Source: Setoptus koraiensis (lineage: Eukaryota > Animalia > Arthropoda). Taken from it: 64,000 nucleotides of DNA. The notes under the pieces are model-generated. The model was not told where the DNA came from. It saw only the letters and a list, made by a program, of their open reading frames with translations, and did not search any database. The translations under genes and the position numbers were made by a program. Where the stretch lies: NCBI GenBank assembly GCA_048013815.1, contig CM106586.1, positions 8,432,001-8,496,000 on the forward strand, given 5' to 3'. Shown in pieces: positions 23,375 through 35,100 of the stretch; position 1 is the first letter of the stretch, and each line of letters begins with the position of its first letter.

Positions 23375-25190
23375 GCTGTTGCTCGGAGATTCATTGTATA
23401 TTTATTGCATTGATTTAAATATTATTGGACGTAGGTTCAGAAAATCTACTCTCTATGATTGAATCTATAAAGGCTAAATCTGCACCTGATGCGCTACTAG
23501 AGCTGTTGCAGGGCTCTTCACTTCATTCATCTTCACTAGTGTATAGAAAAATGGATGGAGCTCCATTGGGTCACATCTAATTCAATATAGGAAAGTGATC
23601 ACTCCATGTAAAAAGGGTTGATGAGGTTACGACTCCGGATCGACGTTCAATGCGCACGATGGGTCATAGGTTGAGTGCTGCTAGTATCAGCGGCGATCGT
23701 CGCAAATCACCTATGAAAGACCAACGATACATTTGAACTGAAGGTCCGCAGGCAAGGTAGAACATATCTAATAATTTGCATGTATACTAAAAACAATTGA
23801 CAACGACTGCTGTGTTGTGTGACTTCTGTTTCTCGCTGTCCGATTCAAACTGTGACTCTATATCTGACCGATGCGCGCATGATCCTGATTTCCGGGTAAG
23901 TACTTTTGATATTGATCGCGTCACTACAAATAAATAAAGCCATCGTTTGATAGTGAAGCTCTTTGCTCTGATCGCGACTTGCGAATAATTTCAAGGCTCC
24001 ACCGGTTTGATTGATCGACATCCTAGATAGGAAATCGCGAAAAGTTGTTTGTCTTTATGTGTCATAAAGATGATTCAACAATAACTTTCCATATGTTCCA
24101 TACAGAAGAGTCCATTTGAAAGAATTGAGAGGTCCAGCAACAATTGTCTAGTGCATCCTTTCTCCAGGCCTTTCGCGTATACTGGATAGCCAGAGATGCT
24201 AGAAACAGGTGCGAGCAAGCGAGTGTGTAAAGTAATGGTGAGTTTGTGCTGATGATGACATTCTTCCCTACATTAGTCCACATAGACTGATACTGTTTAT
24301 CACCCCCATCGACACACCATTCTCTTTCATCCCTGACATAAGACTGAATCATCTGTGACACTGGCGCAACGAATTTCGGCCCGACAGTCACTAAGCCCCT
24401 TGATGTCTAGTTGAACGTGTGTTGCGTAGCTGTGAGTTATCGTCACCCTCGTTATTTGTGTTGTGTTTATTTTGTTGTGTTGTCGTTAAGTAGTTATGTG
24501 TGCAGTCTCTCGTGAATGCTCGCTAAGTGTTTAGATTTCGCGCGCAGTTTATGTCGCAACATGTGAACTTCTGTTCCAAAATTCTTCTCATGAATAGAGC
24601 AAGTGCTGTTACTACTGTCATGTGTCTAGAGCGTCATTTGGGGACTTCTGGTTCGAACTTCGAGGCCACTTCCTAGCCATCTTGTTTGAGCCAAGCGAGT
24701 CGTTCACCTGTCATATATGTGAATGATATCAATCAAATTGTGTGAGGAAACTATCATTGTCGGTTTTTTGGTCTTATGTTGCTTTATGAGATGAGCTGTG
24801 TTTGCACCAATTGTGGTGCTAGTTATTGCCAGTAGATGAACTGTGCAGCTCGCAAAGGCTCATCGCAGTGTGGTGTCTAGCTGAACCTTGCCTTGTGGGC
24901 AAGTAACGCTGTGGTGACATATGACTTCCAAGCATGTCCAGTGCTGAGATACACGTGTTCGTTATTGTCTGTGTGGATATGTGCTGGATAAAAGCCACTG
25001 ACACGCTGTGTGCTACTCCATGGGTGATCCGGCGTGTGTTTTACTGTTGTTTTTCTTTGGTGCGGTGATGGTGTGTGGCTCCGCATTGACTTGACGAGTT
25101 GTGGTGTTTGAAGACGGATTGCCCGGGCGTACGCGAATGTGTGTGTCAAGTTAGTTTTGTAGTGCACGCGAAGATTTTGGTCGGCTCGAG
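23375..25190 (-). pseudogene. Partial Dopey duplicate, copy 2, heavily indel-ridden (possibly unpolished sequence)
   Basis: Colinear with Dopey C-terminus; carries the 117-nt and about 12-nt deletions also seen in copy 4; many single-base indels, G/T-biased after about 24200. Confidence 0.7.
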
Positions 25191-25254
25191 TGTTTGACCT
25201 CGCATGTGTGTTTGAGTCGCGTGTGTGCTGTGTGGTCTGTGTGTTATCATTGTG

Positions 25255-27176
25255 GTATTTTTAATTGCATTGATTTCTAATTTATTATTGGGACGTAAGG
25301 TTCAACGTGTAAATCACTCCCAATGATTGAATCAACTAACTGGATAAATCTGCACCGATTTGTACTAGAGCTGTTGCAGGGCTCATCAATTTCATTCATC
25401 TCCACCAGATTAATAGACTAACAAATTGTCTGGAAATCCAAATAGACATACACCGAGTCCTACCACTCACCAATCTGTCAATCATAGGCTCTCGGGAGTA
25501 CTCCATGAGTAAAAGGGCTTGGATTTGAGGTTAGCCTCCGGATCCCTCGACGTTCAATGCGCGCATGAGCCTGGGGCCTCCATATCGCGTCGTCGCCAGG
25601 GCTGCAATCAGTATTCAGTCGCACGCATCCTTCAGTTCAGCACTCACTACCCCCGCGTGTAGCATATATCCACATAGACCCTCACGTATCTCTACTTCAC
25701 CTTCAGAATAACTCATGCCATGGACCATCAAGCGTCCCCAGCCCAGCAAGCGCACTTAGAAACCAACATCTCCACTCACACAACAATCATTGCTTCGATT
25801 ATCTCTCTGCATCTGCTGTTATATATTAATATAACAAATTGGATCAACTATATTCGACTACTGCTGCTTGAGCTCCAATCATTACATGCGTTACTCGCAC
25901 ACCGCGCTCTATCTAAGGTTTGTCACAAAACCTGGGCATCTCCTACTTTGTGTACATGTATACAAGAATCGCTAGCCTCACCTATACCCGCGATTTGATA
26001 TAGAAGAGAGAGAGCATACGGTAAGTACTTCTTGATATTGATCGCGCTCACTACAGAATAAAATAAATGCCATTCGTATGATAAGCGAAGCTCTTTGCTC
26101 GAACTCCTGATCGCGACTGCGAATAATTTCAAGGCTCCACCGGTTTGATGATCGACATCCTAGATAGGAAATCGCGAAAAGTGTTTTATCATGTGTTCAT
26201 AAGATGATCAACAATAACTTTCCAATGTTCCATACACGAAGAGTCATTTGAAAGAATTGAGAGTCCAACAACAATTCTAGTCGCATCCTTTCTCCAGGCT
26301 TTCGCGTATACTGATAGCATGAGATGCTAGACAACAGGTCGAGCAAGCGAGAAAGCTAGGTGAGTTGTTGCTGATGATGATTCTTCGAGTATGGTGTCAC
26401 ATAGTACATGATACTGTTTATCAAAGAGACAACTTTCTCCTTTACATCACTGACATAAACAACATCTAGCACTGGAGCTACGAATTCGGCCAAAGCACTA
26501 AAGCGCTTGAATACTGAATTTTGCGAGATATGAACTATACGTCGCCATCAGTATTGTGTTTGTATTATTTGTTGTTGTCGATATTATTACTATCAGTATC
26601 TGTGAAATGTTCGCTAAGTTTTGATTCGCCGCTGAATATACCATCATGAACTTCTGTTCCAAAATTTTTCTCAAATAGAGCAAGTGCACTCTCCTCATCG
26701 AGAGCGTCATTTTGAGGACCTGGCTCAACTTCGAGGCCACTTCTTAGCCATCTTGTTTGAGCCAAGCGAGCTCCAACTACATTTGCGAATGAATCAATCA
26801 ATTTTTGAGTAACATCTTGTAGGCCTTTCTGGTCTTTTCTGTCTTCTATGAGAGGGGCTGTTTGCACAAATTCATGTAGTATCGCTAGTAGATGAAATTG
26901 TGCCAAAGGCATCGCAGGTGGACCTAGCTGAACTCCTTCCCTCAATTAATGCAACAATGACTTCCAGCATTCCAGTAGCTGTGATACCGGATATTCTTTG
27001 ATATGGGCCAAAAAGAACTGAAGCGAGCCTACCTCAAAGGGTATCCTGCGTTTGTTTCTTTTATCTTGGGCTTGAGGGGGACTGCGCATCACTTGACGAG
27101 TGGTTTGAATAACGGATTGCACGGGAAGTACGCGAATCGCTGCAATTATTTGAACAAGAAGACTCTGATCGGCCGA
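25255..27176 (-). pseudogene. Partial Dopey duplicate, copy 3, noisy at 25255-26000 and cleaner beyond
   Basis: ORF 26565-26945 gives REGVQLGPPAMPLAQFHLLAILHEFVQTAP; shares KGL, FAN and FSI variants with copy 4. Confidence 0.75.
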
Positions 27177-27194
27177 CTGACACTTTCTGACGAT

Positions 27195-28720
27195 GCTGTT
27201 GCTCGGAAATTCCTTGTATATTTTATTGCATTGATTTAAATATTATTGGACGTGAGGTTCGAGAAAATCACTCTCTATGATTGAATCTATAAAGGCTAAA
27301 TCTGCACCTGATGCGCTACTAGAGCTGTTGCAGGGCTCTTCACGTTCATTCATCTTCACTAGTGTATAGAAAAATGGATGGAGCTCCATTGGGTCACTAA
27401 TTCTATTTAATGTCAATATAGGAAAGTGAGTCCTCCATGGTAAAAGGGTTGGATTGAGGTTACGACTCCGGAGTCGACGTTCAATGCGCACTAAGTGAGC
27501 CTCATAAGGTGGTGTAGAGCTGCTAGTATCAGTCGGCGGATCATCGCAACCACTTACGAAAGACCAACGATACATTTGAAACTGTGGCAAGGAATCCGCA
27601 GGCAAGGCTAGAACAATATCTAATAATTTGCATGTATATAAAAACAATTGACAACGACTGCTGTTGTTGGTGACTTCCTGTTTCTCGCTGTCCGATTCAA
27701 ACTGTGACTCTATATCTGACCGACTGACGCGCAATGACTCCTGAATTTCCGGTATGTACTTTTGATATTGATCGCGCTCACTACAAAATAAAATAAATGC
27801 CATTCGTATGATAAGTGAAGCTCTTTGCTCGAACTCCTGATCGCGACTTGCGAATAATTTCAAGGCTCCACCGGTTTGATTGATCGACATCCTAGATAGG
27901 AAATCGCGAAAAATTGTTTTATCATGTGTCATAAGTATGGTGTCACATAGTACATGATACTGTTTATCAAAGAGACAACTTTCTCCTTTTCATCACTGAC
28001 ATAAACAACATCTAGCACTGGAGCAACGAATTCGGCCAAAGCACTAAGCGCTTGAATACTGAATTTTGCGAGATATGAACTATCGTCGCCATCAGTATTT
28101 GTGTTTGTATTATTTGTTGTTGTCGATATTATACTATCAGTATCTGTGAAATGTTCGCTAAGTTTTGATTCGCCGCTGAATATACCATCATGAACTTCTG
28201 TTCCAAAATTTTTCTCAAATAGAGCAAGTGCACTCTCCTCATCGAGAGCGTCATTTTGAGGACCTGGCTCAACTTCGAGGCCACTTCTTAGCCATCTTGT
28301 TTGAGCCAAGCGAGCTCCAACTACATTTGCGAATGAATCAATCAATTTTTGAGTAACATCTTGTAGGCCTTTCTGGTCTTTTCTGTCTTCTATGAGAGGG
28401 GCTGTTTGCACAAATTCATGTAGTATCGCTAGTAGATGAAATTGTGCCAAAGGCATCGCAGGTGGACCTAGCTGAACTCCTTCCCTCAATAACTGCAACA
28501 ATGACTTCCAGCATTCCAGTAGCTGAGATACCGGATATTCTTTGATATAGGCCAAAAAGAACTGAAGCAAGCCTATCTCAATGGGTATCCGGCGTTTGTT
28601 TCGTGTATCTTGGGCTTGAGGGGGACTGCGCATCATTGGACGAGTGGTTTTAAGAATGGATTGCACGGGAAGTACGCGAATTGCTGCAATTATTTGAACA
28701 AGAAGACTCTGGTCGGCCGA
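27195..28720 (-). pseudogene. Partial Dopey duplicate, copy 4, clean sequence with three internal deletions (187, 117, 12 nt)
   Basis: ORFs 27929-28666 and 27243-27932 match the Dopey C-terminus with substitutions (IEI, KGL, FAN, FSI, KTI, IIRM, SRS, YEA, PHVQ); unit length 1544 = 1860 - 316. Confidence 0.9.
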
Positions 28721-28736
28721 CTGACACTCCCTGACG

Positions 28737-29665
28737 ATGCTGTTGCTCGGAGATTCATTGTATATTCTATTGCATTGATTTAAATATTATTGGACGTAAG
28801 GTTCGAGAAAATCACTCTCTATGATTGAATCTATAAAGGCTAAATCTGCACCTGATGCGCTACTAGAGCTGTTGCAGGGCTCTTCACGTTCATTCATCTT
28901 CACTAGTGTATAGAAAAATGGATGGAGCTCCATTGGGTCACTAATTCTATTTAATGTCAATATAGGAAAGTGAGTCCTCCATGGTAAAAGGGTTGGATTG
29001 AGGTTACGACTCCGGAGTCGACGTTCAATGCGCACTAAGTGGGGCTCATAAGGTGGAGTAGAGCTGCTAGTATCAGTCGGCGGATCATCGCAACCACTTA
29101 CGAAAGACCAACGATACATTTGAAACTGTGGCAAGGAGTCCGCAGGCAAGGCTAGAACAATATCTAATAATTTGCATGTATATAAAAACAATTGACAACG
29201 ACTGCTGTTGTTGGTGACTTCCTGTTTCTCGCTGTCCGATTCAAACTGTGACTCTATCTCTAGTAAAACTTGAAACATCTCTGTATATACAAAAGGCCAC
29301 AATGATGTTAAATGGTGCGCTGAAGAACGAATAACAAGCACCCTGAAACATAACATAATTTGCGCTTGCACTATATCTGACTGACTGACGCGCAATGATT
29401 CTATTAATTTTTCCTGAATTTCTGGTATGTACTTTTGATATTGATCGCGCTCACTACAAAATAAAATAAATGCCATTCGTTTTATGAGTGAGGCCTCTCG
29501 TTCGAAGAGTTCATACTGTCTTGGCTCTTATCCTACAACACATGCCATAAGTTGGAGATCGCGCGAAGAGGACCTATGGCTACTAGGGCCGTTGGTTCCA
29601 ACACTAGTTAATGTAACAGAACTTGCAGAAGATACACATCATTGTAAAAGACTTGCTATTGACTA
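28737..29665 (-). pseudogene. Partial Dopey duplicate, copy 5, truncated and fused to a diverged fragment of Dopey about 16190-16345
   Basis: ORF 28787-29476 is identical to the last 229 aa of Dopey; 29500-29660 reverse complement matches GTATCTTCTGCAAGTTCTG...GGAACCAACGGCCCTAGTAGCC...CTCCAACTTATGGCATGTG with substitutions and a +1 indel. Confidence 0.85.
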
Positions 29666-29813
29666 GAATGAAGCTAAGCAAGCTTGCTTCAAGAGATGCT
29701 CGTCTCAATCAATTTCCGAGCACGAAGATGAGCGCTTCTGAAAAATAGATTTACCAACAAAATTATCGACAAATTGATATAGAATTATTTTATTTACACA
29801 CTACTTTTTTGTT

Positions 29814-30995
29814 CTACCTCTTCAAAGCAGTTTTTCCTAATTTGCCCTTCAACGCTAACGCTGTGGCTCTCTTTTCTTCCTCTGTCTCTTCGAAAATTAA
29901 AGTTGGATCATCTTGTTTATGCAACTGTTCATCAAATAATTCCTCGGGAAGGCCTGAATTTTCTTCTGTAGTTGTTGTGGGAAACGGTGGAGGATTAGCT
30001 GTTGTCAGCCTCTTCTCACGGATCCTTGTATCCATAACTTTCAAATAGGAGCCGATTTCGCCCATTACTGCTGGGCCATGGACCCACAGTACATTATTTC
30101 TTGTGTCCACTCTCCAAACCTTCAAGCCATGCAGAATCCTTCTTTCTGCTCCATGGTGACCAGGCATTCTCTTACCCTTCAGAGGACCGCAATGTTTGCG
30201 TCCGCGACCAATTGATCCGATTCTGTTGTGAGCTTTTGTGACACCATGACTTTTGCGACCAAGTTTCATCTTGTAACGAAATCGAACACCTTTTAACCCG
30301 TGATCAACAGTCTTTCCATAAACATCGACAGACATACCAGGACGGAAGTGTGAGGCTAATAATGGAGTCCCCGGCTGAATACGTGCGTTGTGAGTGACGA
30401 AAAATCTAACAAGTTTTCGCTTCGGCATAATGCCACTCTCTTTGAACAATCCATTATATTCGGCAGTAAATTGTCTAGGATCTTGTGAGTCGGCTCCTAC
30501 GACGATGCAGCCTTTTCCTTTGCTTTTTTCGCGATCGAACGGTCTACAAATCTTTTGCCAAACCTCTGGAGCATGATATTTGATAACATGGTTGTCGGAT
30601 GCTTGCAATAGCGTTGTTAGTATTCGTTTACCAGTTTTTGTCCACATGGGATAAACACCAATCTTTCGGCAAAGTAAGCCACATCTCGTTGTGTCATCAT
30701 CAAACGCTTCATCGTTTGCCCATCCTTCAACCTTCAGCGGTGTCTCATTGTTCTCCAAAGAATATTTGTTCTTAATGAAGTCCTTGATAAATTGCTCATT
30801 CGCACGACTAATGTTCTCGTTATTATAGACACGATACTGGTCTGGCAACCAGAAGAAGGGATACGTCTTCCTTCTCTTGGTGCTCCTTTGGTTTCCTAGG
30901 TTCACTGAGCTAGTTGTTATGGGCCTGATGAAAGAACACGAGAGACAATTCCGGTTCCATCCTATCATAGATATGGTTTTTATCACTGATGACAT
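29814..30995 (-). CDS. MRPL3: 39S ribosomal protein L3, mitochondrial (about 393 aa from first in-frame ATG)
   Basis: uL3 motifs RCGLLCRKIGVYPMW, HFRPGMSVDVYGKTVDHGLKGV, SHGVTKAHNRIGSIG, GKRMPGHHG; long N-terminal extension typical of the mitochondrial paralog. Confidence 0.95.
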   Translation of the reverse strand: MSSVIKTISMIGWNRNCLSCSFIRPITTSSVNLGNQRSTKRRKTYPFFWLPDQYRVYNNENISRANEQFIKDFIKNKYSLENNETPLKVEGWANDEAFDDDTTRCGLLCRKIGVYPMWTKTGKRILTTLLQASDNHVIKYHAPEVWQKICRPFDREKSKGKGCIVVGADSQDPRQFTAEYNGLFKESGIMPKRKLVRFFVTHNARIQPGTPLLASHFRPGMSVDVYGKTVDHGLKGVRFRYKMKLGRKSHGVTKAHNRIGSIGRGRKHCGPLKGKRMPGHHGAERRILHGLKVWRVDTRNNVLWVHGPAVMGEIGSYLKVMDTRIREKRLTTANPPPFPTTTTEENSGLPEELFDEQLHKQDDPTLIFEETEEEKRATALALKGKLGKTALKR

Positions 30996-31374
30996 CACGG
31001 TCCCTTTTAATTATCTAACGGATGAGAAATTTTTAATCTGTAAGCATCTCACGAATGATTCTTTCCTTCTTGATCAAAACTTTGCATGGTCAAAAACAAA
31101 ACTCACATGTTCGCTGGGCCGGCGCCATTTTCAAAGTATTCAACTTTTTTTCATGGTTCATACTCGAACGTTCTGTGTTGATTTCATTGTGAGAGACGAA
31201 GTTCAGGTCATAAACAGCTGTTTCGATTTGCGCGTAATGCAATTCTACACGATACACTGTATCAAATATATTTATGTTCACTAATCAAATTCTGTACAAT
31301 ATCATAGAACAAATTGCATTATTTACTTTCCATCATTTTTCCTAACAATTATACCACAAGAGACCTAAATCACA
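30996..31374. promoter_or_regulatory. Probable bidirectional promoter region between head-to-head MRPL3 and WAC
   Basis: 379-nt gap between divergent start codons; YY1/Pho-type AAAATGGCG on the minus strand at 31123-31131. Confidence 0.55.
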
Positions 31375-32064
31375 ATGTCGAATCACCATGGTCATCATCA
31401 TAGGTCTTCTCACCATCGTAAAAATCATTATCCCTCATCCATTAACAAACAAGGCGGATCTAGTAGCAGAACTCCAAAATTACAGAATCCATCTGTAGAT
31501 ACAAGGCCGTCGTCCAGTGGCCGACTTTCGCAGGATATTAACAACGACAAGTTAGCTCCAACTAACGAATGGACTGAACATAGAAGTTCCTCTGGAAAAA
31601 TTTATTATTATAATGTTAATACAGGTGTCTCACAATGGGAAATTCCTCAAGAATTAAAGCTACTCCAACAACGTTCGTCTTCACCTCTAAGCGATGTGAG
31701 CGAAACCTCCTCAATCAGACAAAAGGGAAGTCCTCACTCCAGTTTGACTAGTGCCTGTAGTGCACAGAATGACTCAAGCCAAGATGAGAAGCCTTTGATC
31801 ACGCCATCTTTGTCCCTATATTTCAAACCAGAATTGGTAACTCAACTGGGATCAAGCCAGACCGATAACATTGAACAACAAGCTAATAACCTCGCCAAAG
31901 AAGCGTCTACATTTGGGGACTTAATCATTAAAGAGTCCGTTGGATTGAAAATAGCTAAATCTCATGGACGATTCGCGGAAATCAGACAAGCAGCTCAAGA
32001 GCAGAGATGTTACGGGACACAGCGCACAATAGAAGACATAATAGGCCCAACAACGACTTCGTAA
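31375..32064 (+). CDS. WAC: WW-domain-containing adapter with coiled-coil (WAC/wacky)-like protein, 229 aa
   Basis: WW domain [27 protein letters not shown] resembles the WAC WW domain as I recall it (WSEHISSSGKKYYYN..TEVSQWEKP); C-terminal [19 protein letters not shown] resembles the WAC coiled coil. Confidence 0.82.
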   Translation: MSNHHGHHHRSSHHRKNHYPSSINKQGGSSSRTPKLQNPSVDTRPSSSGRLSQDINNDKLAPTNEWTEHRSSSGKIYYYNVNTGVSQWEIPQELKLLQQRSSSPLSDVSETSSIRQKGSPHSSLTSACSAQNDSSQDEKPLITPSLSLYFKPELVTQLGSSQTDNIEQQANNLAKEASTFGDLIIKESVGLKIAKSHGRFAEIRQAAQEQRCYGTQRTIEDIIGPTTTS

Positions 32065-32124
32065 GATTACTACTTTTTAAATTTATATGACCTACTATTT
32101 ATTATAACAAACATTCTTCATGTG

Positions 32125-35100
32125 TCACGTTGTAGGATTCTGTTCCAGCCACCTTTGGTTCCATTTGGCAAATTTATTTCTCTTCAGTTCGTTTACTTTA
32201 GATTGCATAGCTTTGGACAGTCTGACACGTTTGTAGAATGTAACATGCTCGCCAGCATTGAATATAAGAAGTCGTCGATAATCGTTCGGATTGAATTTGC
32301 ACTGACCTTCATCATTCCTGCCAACTACCTTCTTGCTCACTTTTAAGCGTCTTTCTCTTGCCATATACCTACGAACATTCCTGCTGAGGAACCTCCTACT
32401 TGCTATTTTGGCATTATCGGTGTCGATTTCTTGATCTTCATCTTCTGACAGCGTTTCAGTGTCCAGCAACTCTATAGTTAATTTAGCTTCTGGTCTGTAC
32501 ATTATCACTTTGAAGCAGTTTTCATCCTCTAATACTTGTTCAATCTTCTTTTGGTAGCTCGGTTCGTCAAGAGATCTAGATTCTTTTAAATACAAGTTTG
32601 TACATTGCTGACATACCTCATCAGCAACTATGTGCTGCAATTGTCTGACAATGTTTTGAACGACTTTATCCAGTGTAAATGCCACATAAGCATGTATACC
32701 GAACATATCTCTGAGCATATCTTCATACTGAAAACCATCTAGGTTCCCGTCAAGCAATTGCTTAATCATATCTAAAAAAACCGAGAAAAAGTCCTCTACC
32801 TCGATATCATCTAGATAAATGGAAACAGAGAAGATAAAAGCAGAAAATGGTTAGACTATGATAAGCTAATCTGAATAAAAGAAAGAGATACAATAACGAT
32901 CTATACTTACTCTTTGGTTTAAGCCTCAATGCTATGGCGGTGGATTCCCTTCTATCCTTGCGCTCTTTTTCTTCTTCAGCTATTAAAACACGTGCTTTCT
33001 CATATATAGTCCCTAGTCGTTGACATAGAATATGATGTAACCTGAAGAAGCAATACCATTTGTTATCAACGTAGAACAAGGTGCTAACGTCTCCTAATTC
33101 AGTACTTTGAGTAAGGTGTAGGGTTGTTTTTGAAGGTGCAAGTTCTTTAGAAGGCGCTTTAACTGATACCGATATCTCAGGTGTTTCAAGACCTTCGAGG
33201 GGGGGTTCATCACACTTGATTCTGAAGAGGTCTCTGGAAGTAGTTTTTTTCGTGCGAGGGGCAGATTGATCATTTGTTTCATCTTCCATAGGTTCATCAT
33301 TATCCATCTCGTCATCACTCAAATCTCCACGAGGTGAGGAGAAAAAATCTGGTATAAAGTGTCTCATAAGTTGCTTAATCTTCTGTTTCTCTTCTTTGTG
33401 TATGGAGGTTTGTCTTTTAACATGGTGTATGATGAGATTGCAAGCTTCATCTAGCATGTCTTTGTCTTTGTACACCAAAGTGATGTGTGGTGAACTTGGT
33501 GCACTAGCTGGTTGATCACCACCAACCAGAATATTCAGGTCTTCCTCCTTCCTTAGATCTTCAATCTCTTTTATGAGAGATTTACTGCGTAAGAATTTTA
33601 TATCATTCTGTTTGAAGGTTATCCCTTGATGGTCCAGTGATTTCATATAATACTTTTCATTCTGATCCCTCCATATTTTATTGAACTGTTTTTGAGCATC
33701 GCGCCATTCTTCATCTTTGGCTTTAAGTCTCCTTAGTATAAGAGGTACGGCAACAACGGGATTTTTCTTCGAACCCTCGATGATCTCGGGTGCTTTATCA
33801 CCGTATATTCTTTTTATTGCCCTTTGATGAATGACATTTGATGTTCCTCCAAGGGTGTCGTCTAGTTTGAACTTGCACCTGTCTTCATATGGCAATCTTT
33901 CCATTTTTCTTTTAACAGCTTCCAGAACTCGTATAGTTAACAAATTAGACTCAATAACTACGTCAAGTTCGAATCGTTCATCCTCACATCGATATATATA
34001 CTCTTCATACTGAGTTTTGCGTGAGCTAACAAAAGTCGAATCCTCTGACCACGATGGAAATGATACTAACGTGTCATTCAACACTTCTTTACACAGTTGA
34101 GTCCTGCCTGTGCATTTGGGTTGTACGAAATTCTTGGGGAGTCCTCGATATGATGCACCATGACGTTTGCAGGACGAGTAATCGATCTCAACACCCGCTT
34201 CAGATGCGAGCCTTTCTCTTTCACGTTGACGAACTTGGCTCGACAAACTTTCATAAGTTGAAGGCTCGTTAGACAAAGAAGGGGTCGATCCAACAGCTGA
34301 TGGCCCCTCTTTGTAACCTAGGAAGTCCTTGAACCACTTCAGTAACTCCGGGAAACGCCCGAGAAAAGTTGTAACTAGCTGAATCAATTCTGCCCGAGAT
34401 AAAATTTCATGATTGTACAATACCAAGCATCGTAGAAAATTTTCGTATACTTCTTGACTCCTGAGAGCTTTACGAACTTTGTCAAAGAAAGCATATTCAG
34501 TCAGTGATCCATGTTTTCCAGCTTCAGCCAAAGAGACGTCTCTGAGTGAGGTCATACGGGGCCGCTTCAACGACCCATACGTAATATTTGCATTGGCATT
34601 CGGGTTCTGTCTCTTCAATGGAGTAGAATCTCTCTTGTTTGCAGAAGGGCTGTTTCTCGGTGTGGCCAGTACTCTTGAACTCTCAGGAGTAACATGTCTA
34701 ATAGTAACACCAAGATTGGAGCCTGTATTCTGCGTTGGAGAATGTTGATGAACGTACGCTAATGAATTGATTGTTCCTCCAACAGTTGAATTTGTACCAT
34801 TAGCATCTGGCAGGAATTGGCCAAACTCTTCAAGTAAATCCTGTTGGTTATGAAAGAGTCTGGCAACCTGGGTGTATACTTCATTTTCAAGCAACATCTT
34901 TGATCGCGGAACTTTAGTATGCTGATCTCTTTGGTAAGCGTGTAGAATTTCAAGGAATTGTTGATATATCTCTGGATTTGCCGAGAATCTATGCTTGATT
35001 TTGTTAACATAGTTGAGCGCATGATTGAACCCGCATTCTGCTCCTGGTTGCCTGGAGGCCCTGGCTGCTTGTTGGGGCGAACCCTGGAGCTGGTTCTGGA

